A stretch of 64,000 nucleotides of DNA from an uncultured Candidatus Binatia bacterium (GTDB taxonomy: Bacteria; Desulfobacterota; Binatia; UBA9968; JAJDTQ01), in assembly GCA_964291295.2 (NCBI GenBank), contig OZ219754.1, positions 1,856,001 through 1,920,000 on the forward strand, given 5' to 3'. The position numbers and the translations under genes were made by a program. Below are positions 40,782 to 50,327 of this stretch, piece by piece. Position 1 is the stretch's first letter; every line of letters starts with the position of its first letter. The notes under the pieces are model-generated. The model saw only the letters and a program-made list of their open reading frames with translations. It searched no databases and was not told the DNA's origin.

Positions 40782-41881
40782 CTATTTCCCGGGCGGCGTT
40801 TCGGTGGCCGGTTCCATGCCGGCAAGCCGGCGGCGGGAGAGGTCCCGGTGGAGCTCGTACCATTCCTTGCCAAGGTGGACGAGCTTGCCCCCCGCCGCAC
40901 AGAGACCCAGGACCGCCAGCGGTGCCATCACCGGGGCCGCGACAGGGATGACGGCGGGGAAGGACAGTGCGATGCCATCAGGCCGGAGACCGACGCTCCG
41001 ACGGCAGCCGATCTGGCCGCCTCCCGGCCGAGGCGCCGATACATCTCGTCCCGGGCGATCTCGCCGCGTTGATACGCAAGCCCCAACTCCAGGGACGAGA
41101 GCACGCACGTGACCGCGGCGCCCGCGAGGCCGCCGGTGAACACTTGCGATGCGGCTTCTTCAAGTACCGCCTGGAACGCCACAACCGAAAGAACCTGTTC
41201 CGCCGCGTGGAACTCGGCCGCGGTCATCGGCTGCGCGCCTCTGGCACGATTCAGGCCCGCGAGTTCGAAGATCCCGTTGGCGGCATCATTGCCGCCACCC
41301 TGGCTGTAGGGAAGGATGTGGCTCCAGTCGAATCCGTCAAGCCGCTTGGCGACTTCCTCCGGGCCCAGGGCGCGCAACTGTTCCGGTATGGTTTCCCATA
41401 CGAGACGGGCCTGCTCGAGGCTTCTGTCGATGCCCCTGGTCCCGGCGCTGAGGAACCTGGCTGCGTATTCCGTGGGGGCCAAGGCGCTCCAGTCGAGGTT
41501 CCCGGCCCAGGCGGTCAGCGCCTGGTGAGTCGCACCGAGCCCTCCGGCAGCGCTGGACATGCCGTTGCGGACCGCGGCATCCACCTTGCCGGCGCCGGTG
41601 GTGACACCCTCCGCGGCGCGTGCGGCGCCGGTGCCGACGGCGGTGACGGTCACGTCTGCCGCCGATCGTGCCGCGCGGGCAGCCTGCCTTGCGCGGCCGC
41701 CGGCGACCTGCAGGGGCGTTCTCTTGGGTTCGCGCAATTTCAGGACGCCCTGTTCAAGGGCGTCCTGGACCCCACGCACCGCAGTGCTGTCGCCCTCACG
41801 CAGCGCCCACTCCATCTGCCGCAGCCGGGCCCGTGCCAGTTCCCGGTCGAATCCGTGTGGTTCCGGCGGTTTCTCGGTCAT
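40782..41881 (-). pseudogene. HNH-like nuclease motif protein with C-terminal hydrophobic helices, frameshifted near 40975
   Basis: DWSHILPYSQGGGNDAANGIFELAGLNRARG; hydrophobic tail continues in another frame (IALSFPAVIPVAAPVMAPLAVLGL...). Confidence 0.6.
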
Positions 41882-42016
41882 GGCGGCCACGGTACCCGTC
41901 CATGACCTTCGATGCAACCGGCGCGGGATGGAGTCGTGGAGCGAAACCGCGGCCTGTCCGGTGGAGTCCTGGAGCGGGCTGTGCCCGCGTGTGGAGGGTG
42001 CGGCCGGGTGGCCCGG

Positions 42017-43303
42017 TCAGTCCGTGTTCTCCTCGGCCTTGAGCAAAGCCAGCGCTTCCTCGACGAGCTTCCGCCGAAGCGCCTTTTCCTCGTCCGCCGG
42101 GAGGTTCGGGTCGCCGGCGACGTGGACGATGCCGTGTCCCAGCACCACCCGGTTGGAGCCGACCATCCTGGCGATGGGCAGGGCGGAGGTCATCTGCACG
42201 ACGGGCACGCCGGCCTTCTCGAGTTCGGTGGTGATCGCAGCACCGCTGCGCGTGCTGGTGCCTCACGTGGAGGTGAGAATCACCGCGTCCACCCCTTCGC
42301 GTTTCACTTTTCCGGCCATCTCCCGGCCCAGCCGGCGGGTGTTGGAAAGAGGGTTGGACAGGCCGGACGTGGAAAGGAACTCGCCGTGGATCCTGCCCAC
42401 CACCCCCTCCCGCTCCAGTTCTCGCAGAGCGTCCAGCGGCACCAGCCGGTCGGGATCGGCCTGAACGAAGCGGGGGTCGTAGCCGCCGTGGGAGATCTCG
42501 TAGTCCTCGCCGGAAAGGTCGTCGGTGTGCGAGATGTCGTAGGCGCCCCAGCGCGTGGCCGCCATCCCCTCGATGCCGTCGGGATTGCCTCTGGGAACCA
42601 GGCCCCCGTCGGTGATGAGCATCACGGTGGCCTGCGACAGATCCCCCACGCCCGTGGGCCGGGCCACGGGCTCGAAGGCGGTGACGGGCATCTCGGTGTC
42701 GAACGGCTGCTGGTGGACCTTGGCCAGCACCATGTCCACCAGCCGCTCCGCCGATGTCTTGTCGACGAACTGGTCCCGTATCAACCCGCGCGGCAGATAG
42801 CCCTCCTCACGGGGCAGGCCGATGGCCGCTCCGCTCGACAGCTTGCGCGCCAGACCGGCCATGCGCCGGACCACGTCCCTCATGCCGGCAACACTCCGCC
42901 CGGAGTCGACGATGTAGAGGGCCTCCCGGTAGAGGTCGGTTCCCGGGTTTTCCTGGTGCATGGCGGTAATGGCCGGAATGCGCAACTCGGTCTGCACGGC
43001 GCTGCAGAGGGCGCCGGCCGCCATGCCGTAGCGGCCGGCGTCGAAGCACGGTCCGGCCACGAACAGGTCCGCTCCGGCGTTTCGGACATGCTCCAGGACG
43101 GCCGCGGTCAGTTGCTCCGAGTGCTCCACCGCGTGGTTGTCGCCGCAGATCAGGGTCTTGACGACAGCGGCTCCGCCACCGAAGGCCTGCTCCAGCAGGA
43201 GGCCGGGACCGACGGCGTTCCCGATTTGTCGGAGCGGGCAGCCGGCCTGCTCCTCGCCGCCGATTCCGCCGAAGAACTGGTTGAGGTAGTGAACGATCCT
43301 CAT
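42017..43303 (-). CDS. Glycine/betaine/sarcosine reductase protein B selenoprotein-like subunit (GrdB family), in-frame UGA = Sec at 42263-42265
   Basis: MRIVHYLNQFFGGIGGEE, GPCFDAGRYG, GGLVPRGNPD, HGGYD, VILTST-U-GTSTRSG; the frame continues after UGA into the 42017-42208 ORF (428 aa in total). Confidence 0.9.
42236..42250 (-). promoter_or_regulatory. Putative bacterial SECIS element
   Basis: CGCAGC-GGU-GCUGCG hairpin with a G-first apical loop 18 nt downstream of the UGA. Confidence 0.65.
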
Positions 43304-43359
43304 GGCAACGGTCTCCCTGTCCGAGATTCGCCTCGCCCGTGGTCTCGTGCGCGGCCGTG

Positions 43360-44640
43360 TCAACAGACCACGGCGCGCAATCGCGAGGCCCCCTGCTGGT
43401 TGGCGACGCCCGCCACATTCATGGCGCCCAGTTCGCGCACGCCGGCCAGCCGCTCGCCGATGGCCGGGGTCGCCGCCACCACCCGTGTGGCCGGCTCCAC
43501 CTGCCACCGGGTGTCGTTGCCGCCGCCGTACACGATGGCGTCGACCTCGGGAAAGTTGAACAGCAGCGCCGACTCCACCCGGCGGTCCCGCGACACGTCC
43601 GAAACCATCACCGCGGTGCGGACTCCCTGCGACTCCAGCAGCCGGGCGGTCTCCGCCAGGTCGGCATGAGGCACACCGCCGCCGTATTTGGTGAGCACGG
43701 CGGCATCGGCGTTGAGCGCCCACCGGACCAGATTCGCGGCGGTGCGGCAGTTGCGGTCCCGGTCGGCGTTGTCCGACCCGGCGATGCTCGCCACCGTGCC
43801 GACGAAGTTCACCTCCCCGGCGTGGTGTCTCCGGTAAAGCTCGGTGATGACGGGATGGTTCTGGTAGAGGTAGGTCTCGGCTCCTCCCATGGAGGTGTAG
43901 TAGGAGGTCACGACGCCGCCATCCAGCCACTCGTCCGGATGCAGCAGCACCGGCAGCATCCCGCTGGTGTTGAGGCCGTAGAGCACGGGTTCGTCCGGCT
44001 CCGCCTGCCGCTGGCGGGAAAAGATCTGCCCCACGTACGCCACCCGGGGCAGGCCCGGACGCCCCGGCGGTCCGGGATCGACGGGCTCGAAGGCCGAGGT
44101 CGCCACGGGCGCGTGCGCCGCGGCGGCCCGGGCGAGGTGGACGGCGGTCTTGAGTCCGGCCACCCGCTTCGCCCGCTGGGCCGCGGCGCCGTCCCGGCCT
44201 GGCGCCATGCGGGGGACGACGACCAGGTGGTGCAGCGCCGAGTAGCACGAAGCCTTCGCCGCCGGCCCGTTCATCTCCAGCACGCGGCCGATGGAGCCGC
44301 GGGAGCCCCCGGCGGCGTGCTCGTCGAGAACCGTGACCGCCGTACCCGACAGCACGTGGGTGGTGCCCAGGCCGGCGGTCAGGGGCGGCCCCAGGATGCC
44401 GGGGAAGTCGGGGCCGCCGCCGGCCGCCTTGGCTCTGGGCTCGATGATGTCGAACACGGGCCCGGCCCGGCAGTCCTCGCCCGGCGCCACCCCCTCGAAG
44501 GTGACGTCGTCCAGCGCCTCATCCTCAAGCAACAGCCGGCGAAGCGCGTCCGTATCGATGTCGAGGGTGGTTCCGTCGAGTCGGGTGGGCGCGCCGAACC
44601 GAAGGGCACGCACCGGATGGTACGCCAATGTCAGATTCAC
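43360..44640 (-). CDS. Glycine/sarcosine/betaine reductase component B proprotein-like subunit (GrdE family)
   Basis: IIEPRAK, GTTHVLSG, LPRVAYV, LHPDEWLDG, YQNHPVI..LY; directly upstream of the GrdB-like gene; GTG start. Confidence 0.85.
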   Translation of the reverse strand: MNLTLAYHPVRALRFGAPTRLDGTTLDIDTDALRRLLLEDEALDDVTFEGVAPGEDCRAGPVFDIIEPRAKAAGGGPDFPGILGPPLTAGLGTTHVLSGTAVTVLDEHAAGGSRGSIGRVLEMNGPAAKASCYSALHHLVVVPRMAPGRDGAAAQRAKRVAGLKTAVHLARAAAAHAPVATSAFEPVDPGPPGRPGLPRVAYVGQIFSRQRQAEPDEPVLYGLNTSGMLPVLLHPDEWLDGGVVTSYYTSMGGAETYLYQNHPVITELYRRHHAGEVNFVGTVASIAGSDNADRDRNCRTAANLVRWALNADAAVLTKYGGGVPHADLAETARLLESQGVRTAVMVSDVSRDRRVESALLFNFPEVDAIVYGGGNDTRWQVEPATRVVAATPAIGERLAGVRELGAMNVAGVANQQGASRLRAVVC

Positions 44641-44941
44641 GTGATGGCTTCCCCGCAGTCGGCCAGAGGATTCCACATTCCGGCGACAATGGCAAAGCGC
44701 CGCGGGGCTCAATGTTTGTCCGGCGAGGGGCGACCCAGGCAAGTCCGGAGGTCCATTCGGGAGCGGATTTCGTTGTCGATGTACCGGCCCCGGCCCCGAG
44801 AAGGCGTCACCCACTTCAAAAACGGCCACTCCGCTGCGGTCGCCCGCCGCCGACCGCGACAAAAAATGCTGCAAAGCGCTGTAACCGTCCTTCACGCACC
44901 GGGAGTCGGCAACAACCCGGGGCGACGGCGCGCCCCGGCAT

Positions 44942-46504
44942 TCACGGCTCCGACGCCCGGCCGCAGGCATCCACATAAGCACCCAGAGCGATGCCGTACG
45001 CCGCGGCGTGGATCCCGTGGTCGGCCAAGTCTCCGTGGTCGCCCTGGAGCGCCCACCGGGCATTTTCGAGGTGCGCCGGTCTGCCCGTCAACTGGTGGAG
45101 CTTGAGAAAGAAGCGCGCCGCCGCACCGTTCTCGTGGATCCGGGTCAGCGGATAACGAAGGAAGGCGGGTCCCTTTTCCGCGATGTCGAAGAAGCCCCCG
45201 GCGGGATTTCTCAACCGGGTCCGGATGTATCCGGCCAGCGCCTCGGCATGTTCGAGTAACGCCGGATCACGGTCCGCCTCGAATCCGTCCGCCAGCGCGC
45301 GTCCCATCAGGACCTGGTCCAGGAGCAGCCCGGGCACCCGCGGCGCATCGTCGAAGTAGTGGGCCATGCAGCCGGAGCGGTGCCGGCAGCGTTCCAGCAG
45401 AAAGCGCAGCGTCTCCAGGGCGCGTTCCCCGCAGTCCCTGCGCCCGAGGGTCCGGGCGGCGCGCAGGCAGGCGGAGACGGCGCGGGCGTTGGCGTCGGTG
45501 TACATCCAGGCATCGGTGATCGAGAACATGCCCCGGTTCTGGTGGAGCAGAGAGCCGGGCGGCCTGTCGCGGCCGGGAGTGAGGCGGACGTAGTCGCGGC
45601 AGCCGTGAAAGTACGGCATCGTCGTGTCGCGGAAACCCCGATGGAGGTAGTCCAGGATCTCTTCGGCGAGTTCCCTGAAAAAGGTTTCGCCGGTAAGCTC
45701 GCAGGCGTGCAAGGCGTTGTCCAGCAGGCCGGCATGGTCGGACAGGAGCTTCTCGTGATGGGGTTCGCTCCAGTCCGCTTTCGACGAGTAGCGGAAGAAC
45801 CCGCCCTCGGGGTCGTGGGTCCTGCTCCGGTGCATGTTGCGCAGGGTGAGCCGCACGTGGTCGAGCCAGCAGGCGTCGCCCGTGGCCGCGTGTTGTCGCA
45901 ACAGCAGCTCGTTGGCCTCGCAGTGGGGAAACTTCCATTCCTTCCCGTAACCGCCGTGCACGGGGTCGGCAAGGCCCCACACCCTTGCGGCGATGTCGCT
46001 GGCGGCACCGGGTCGCGGTCCGGCGCCGCCAGCCGCCCGGGCCGGCACCGCGGAGGGTTCACGTGCCGCATAGCCGACGTGAACGCGGACAGGGTGCGAT
46101 GCCTCGACGCGGGAGGCGCGTTGGTGTTTCGCATGGCCGACATGAACCCGCACCAGAACGTCGCTGAAGTCCCGGGGCGGGAGATGGTTGACGCCGGCGA
46201 GATAGTCCCCCTCGCTGCTCAGGAACACCAGGGTGGGCCAGCCGCCGCGATTGTAGCGCGCGCCGATGTCGGGTCGCTGGGCGTCTTCCACGCGGATCGG
46301 TACGAAGCAGGCGTTGAGCAGGGCGATGGTCTCGGTATCGGAGAAGGTGGTTTCGTCCATGCGCTGGCATATGCCGCACCAGAAGGCGCCGATGTACAGC
46401 ATCACGGGCTTGTGCTCCGCGCGGGCGCGCTCGAAGGCGGCGGGGCCCCAGTCGAGCCAGTGGACCCGATGGGCGCGGTTCGGGTTGGGGGAAAAGCGGA
46501 ACAT
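44942..46504 (-). CDS. DUF255/YyaL (SPATA20-like) thioredoxin-domain + alpha-barrel protein
   Basis: VHWLDWGPAAFERA, WCGICQRM, RPDIGARY..GGWP, GGFFRYS...PHHEK. Confidence 0.88.
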   Translation of the reverse strand: MFRFSPNPNRAHRVHWLDWGPAAFERARAEHKPVMLYIGAFWCGICQRMDETTFSDTETIALLNACFVPIRVEDAQRPDIGARYNRGGWPTLVFLSSEGDYLAGVNHLPPRDFSDVLVRVHVGHAKHQRASRVEASHPVRVHVGYAAREPSAVPARAAGGAGPRPGAASDIAARVWGLADPVHGGYGKEWKFPHCEANELLLRQHAATGDACWLDHVRLTLRNMHRSRTHDPEGGFFRYSSKADWSEPHHEKLLSDHAGLLDNALHACELTGETFFRELAEEILDYLHRGFRDTTMPYFHGCRDYVRLTPGRDRPPGSLLHQNRGMFSITDAWMYTDANARAVSACLRAARTLGRRDCGERALETLRFLLERCRHRSGCMAHYFDDAPRVPGLLLDQVLMGRALADGFEADRDPALLEHAEALAGYIRTRLRNPAGGFFDIAEKGPAFLRYPLTRIHENGAAARFFLKLHQLTGRPAHLENARWALQGDHGDLADHGIHAAAYGIALGAYVDACGRASEP

Positions 46505-46784
46505 GGGCTGGCTTCCCGCGACCGGTGTCGTGACGAATATGCACCGGATTTCCGCCCGCGGGCAAACCGCGTGCCGCCCGCCGGCGGGATGGGCCGCCGG
46601 GGTCGATGGCACGAGGCGGCGGGGGCGGGCTCCGGACCGGCGCGGGTCGTCACGAGCGCGGCGGGCGTGTGGCCACCGCCCGGCGTCTGTAGTAGAGAAG
46701 GGCGCTCAGCTTGGCGGTGGGTCCCGCAGGGATTGTCCCGCAGGGGTTCTCACAAGGGTTACGAGGGTTACAAGGGTTCTCTTC

Positions 46785-48158
46785 ATGCCTGCGTCACAGA
46801 TCGAACTGCCTGCGGCGATATCGCGCGAGCAGACCATCCGCGACTCCGAAGCGGTGCTGGGAATGCCCGACATTCCGTTGAGCGTCGAGGAAGACATCAT
46901 CCGCATACAGGCCCTGGGTATGGATTGGGACATCGGCATGAGGGTCTACCAGCCGCGGGATCCGGCCCGGATCTGCCGCGGCGCCGACGGCAGGAAGGCG
47001 GGACTCTTCCTGCTCCACGGCGGCTCGGGCGACTACAAGACCATGGAGGGCATCGCCCTCATGGCCGCCGGCAAGTTCGGCTTCAAGATCCTGAGCGGCA
47101 CGTTTCCCGGCCGTTTCTACTTCCCGGCATCGACCCGGGACTGGCCGGAAGACACCCTTCACCCGGACGGCAGCGTGCGGACGCCCATCTGGAAGCGGGG
47201 CGAGTCCATCGGACGGCATGAGTACGACGTCTGCCAGGATGTCTCGATGCGGCCGCGTTACGGCACCCGGACCGTCGCCCGGGCCAGGCCGGGGACGAAC
47301 TTCTACTACCGCATGGCGGCCTGGCCGGTGGCCTTCGAGGAGGGCATGAGGGAGGCCATGCGCCGGCATCTGCCCGAAGGCCTCTTCTCCATCTACGGCG
47401 AAGGCCACTCCACCGGCGGCCCCTTCGTGTCGATGCTGTCCCAGCGGGTGCCGAATTTCGCCGGGGTGGTGGCCACCGAGCACACGCCCTTCGGCCACGT
47501 GGGCGCCCGGCGCGACAACTGGAGTGGCTCTCTCGGGAAGGTGTCCGGGTTCGATCGCGTGCACACCGGCGCGGCGGTTCGCAAGGACCCCTTCAACGAG
47601 CTGTACATCCGCACGTGGCGCGATCTGGCGCGCTACGCCGGGCCGGAGGCCTTGGGGCAACAGGGGCCGGCGGCGCTGATGCGGCTGCCCATGCTGATGG
47701 AGGACATTCTGGGCGACTGGGAGCGAGTCCGGTCGCGGCCCCAGTTCAAGGCGGAGTACATCGTCACCCACGACATCGCGGCGTCGCTGGCGGAGGCGGC
47801 CCGGGTGAGCGCCCGGCGGCTCGGCATGAACGCCGACGAGACGCGGGCTTTGGTCGAGCGCTACCGCGGCTATCCGCGCGAGCTGTCAGGACCGGATGCG
47901 CGGCCGCTGCCGCCGTTCCTGTTCATCATCACCAAGGACAGCCGGGACCACAGCCCCGAAGCCTACCGGGAGGTGATCCTGCCCGCCTTTGCGGCCATGC
48001 GTCCGGCGCCCAGGACGCACCTGACCCACTTCGGCGCCGGCGTGCACAGTTTCTGGAAGGCCGAGGAAGGCCTGCCGCAGGGGGTGGCGCCGGCCGCCGT
48101 CAAGCTGTGGAACGACGCCATCACCGGAGGATATTTCGCGGCCGCCGCCGGGGCGTGA
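46785..48158 (+). CDS. Hypothetical alpha/beta-hydrolase-fold protein
   Basis: LLHGGSG, GHSTGG nucleophile elbow, C-terminal GVH; strong coding bias. Confidence 0.65.
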   Translation: MPASQIELPAAISREQTIRDSEAVLGMPDIPLSVEEDIIRIQALGMDWDIGMRVYQPRDPARICRGADGRKAGLFLLHGGSGDYKTMEGIALMAAGKFGFKILSGTFPGRFYFPASTRDWPEDTLHPDGSVRTPIWKRGESIGRHEYDVCQDVSMRPRYGTRTVARARPGTNFYYRMAAWPVAFEEGMREAMRRHLPEGLFSIYGEGHSTGGPFVSMLSQRVPNFAGVVATEHTPFGHVGARRDNWSGSLGKVSGFDRVHTGAAVRKDPFNELYIRTWRDLARYAGPEALGQQGPAALMRLPMLMEDILGDWERVRSRPQFKAEYIVTHDIAASLAEAARVSARRLGMNADETRALVERYRGYPRELSGPDARPLPPFLFIITKDSRDHSPEAYREVILPAFAAMRPAPRTHLTHFGAGVHSFWKAEEGLPQGVAPAAVKLWNDAITGGYFAAAAGA

Positions 48159-48209
48159 ACCCGGTCGGGACTCTCCGGGAGAGAAGCCGCTTGAGGCTGA
48201 GGTGATGCG

Positions 48210-49358
48210 ATGAAGTTCTCCTTCTTCATGATGCCGATCCACGAGCCGTCGGAGAACCCGGCGCTGGCCTTCGAGCGCGACATCGCGCTCATCCATTACG
48301 CGGAGGAGCTGGACTTCGACGAGTTCTTCATCGGTGAGCACCACTCGGGCGGCTGGGAGAACATGCCGGCACCGGAGCTGGCGCTGGCCAAGGCCGCGGC
48401 CCACGCCCGGCGCATACGCCTGGGCACGTCGGTGATCAACACGCCGTTCCATCATCCGTTCCATGTGGCCGAGCGCATGGCCTTTCTCGACCACTTGCCA
48501 CGGGGGCAGGCGATCCTGGGGGTGGGGCCGAGCGCCCTGGTCACCGACAAGAAGCTCTTCGGCCTCGACAACCGCAGGCTGCATCCGATGCTGAACGAGT
48601 CGGTGGAGGTCATCGTGCGGCTGCTGGAGTCGCCCGGACCCATCGACCACGACGGCGAGTTCTGGCGCTTCGAGGGCATGCGGCTTCAACTCCGCTGCTA
48701 CCAGCAGCCGCGCATGCCTCTGGCCATCGCCTCGTCCGGCAGCCCCTCAAGCCTCGAGCTGGCTGGCCGGCACGAGATGATGCTGTTGTCGCCGGCGGGC
48801 AAGAACCGCTGGCGCAACCCGGCCCACGCCGAGCAATGGAAATCGGTGGAAGCGGCCGCGGCGTCGGCCGGCAGGACCGCCAGTCGGGACAACTGGCGCA
48901 TCGCCACCAGCGTCTACCTGGCGGAGACGCGCGAGCAGGCGTGGGCCGACGTGGAGGCGGGCATTGCCCGGGACATGCGCTATTTCTTCGCCATCGGTCT
49001 CAAGACGCCCCATGAATCCTATCCCGACCGGCCGGCATCGGAGATCACGCCTCGTTCCGCCGCGGACCGGCGGGACTGGATCGTGGGGACGCCGGACGAC
49101 GCCATCCGCCACATCGAGCGCCTGCAACAGGAGACCGGCGGCTTCGGCGGCCTGATGCTCACCACCCACGAGTGGACCGGCAGCCGCAAGCTGCGCGATT
49201 CCCTCGAACGGTTCGCCCGCTACGTCATGCCGCACTTCCGCAGCCACACCGGGGACTTCCGGGACGAGTGGAATCGCCTGCGCAAACAGGCGGAGGAGGG
49301 CGGTGTGAAGGTCCCCGACGACGGCCGCCCGAGCAACCTCTTCAGCCGTCAGGACGGA
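48210..49358 (+). CDS. LLM-class flavin-dependent monooxygenase; expected stop missing, ORF reads through to 51584
   Basis: GEHHSGGWE, RLGTSV, HHPFHVAER, VGTPDD, ERFARYVMPHF; homology ends near residue 380. Confidence 0.85.
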
Positions 49359-50078
49359 TCAGGCCTGCGCCGGCCGTTCAGCCCGCCAAGCGTGGAGATA
49401 CTGCACGATGTCGTCCAGCGGCAGCACGTCGGCGTACTTCTGGTTCATGTCGAAGAGGTTGACGGCGTGGCATGCCTCGTGCCGGTCGAATACGCATTCT
49501 TCCGCAACCACCATGCGAAACCGGTAGGTGCAGCCGTCCACGACGCTGGCGCGCACGCAACCGCTGGTGCTCTCGCCGCAGGCGATGACGGTATCAATGC
49601 CGTGCTGGTTCAGGTGGGCCACCAGGGGTGTGCCCCAGAAGGCGCTGGGCGAAAGCTTGCGCAGCACCGCCTCGCCGGGAAGCGGCTGTACTTCGTCGAT
49701 GATGTCGAACTTGTTGCGGCGCCGCTCCAGGGCCTCGGCCGACAGATTGTCGTTCGGCCGGTCGCGCCGGAAGGACCATTCATCGACGCCCGCGCCGGGC
49801 AGTCCGGAGATGTGAATGACGGGGATCCCGGCCTCGCGCGCGGTCCGGAGCAGTCTCTGGATGTGCGGGATGGCGTTCCATCCGGCCATGCCGCAGCTTC
49901 CGGGCCATTCCCCGATGGCATCCAGAAGGGGCTCGGGCTTGTCGCCGAAGACCCACCGGTAGAGGTCGATGAGGAGCAGGGCGGGCTTCTTGCCGAAGCC
50001 GATGGGCCGCGGCGGCCTCATGGCGGCGTGAGCCTTGTCCTGTTCGGAAAGAAAGCGATCCCATACGCGTTCGCTCAT
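49359..50078 (-). CDS. Isochorismatase-family cysteine hydrolase (maleamate/N-carbamoylsarcosine amidase-like)
   Basis: PALLLID, KLSPSAFWGT, GESTSGCVRASVVD, FDMNQKYADV. Confidence 0.9.
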   Translation of the reverse strand: MSERVWDRFLSEQDKAHAAMRPPRPIGFGKKPALLLIDLYRWVFGDKPEPLLDAIGEWPGSCGMAGWNAIPHIQRLLRTAREAGIPVIHISGLPGAGVDEWSFRRDRPNDNLSAEALERRRNKFDIIDEVQPLPGEAVLRKLSPSAFWGTPLVAHLNQHGIDTVIACGESTSGCVRASVVDGCTYRFRMVVAEECVFDRHEACHAVNLFDMNQKYADVLPLDDIVQYLHAWRAERPAQA

Positions 50079-50327
50079 GATCGGTCTCCTTGTTCCGTCC
50101 GCGGGGGGGCGGTCCGCCGCCCGGGAACGGTGACGCGTGCCATTGATGGAATCCCTTTTATGGGTGCTCGCGGCGATGCGAGTCAAACGAGCCCCATGCG
50201 CCCGTCGGCCGGAGCGTTGCCGAGCGGAGTCGAAAGACACCCCTTCTCGCCGCGCCTTGCGAGTCGCGCGGGGAGGGGTTACCCTTCGGCCACCCGGTGC
50301 GCCGCACCCACGCTCCCCGCCGCAACC

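Noticed and set aside
42017-42208. Separate 63-aa gene
   Set aside because: It is the in-frame C-terminus of the GrdB-like selenoprotein after the UGA.
44805-44830. CTTCAAA near the selenoprotein genes as a tRNA-Sec anticodon loop
   Set aside because: The flanks do not pair into an anticodon stem, and no T-arm GTTCGA or CCA end is present.
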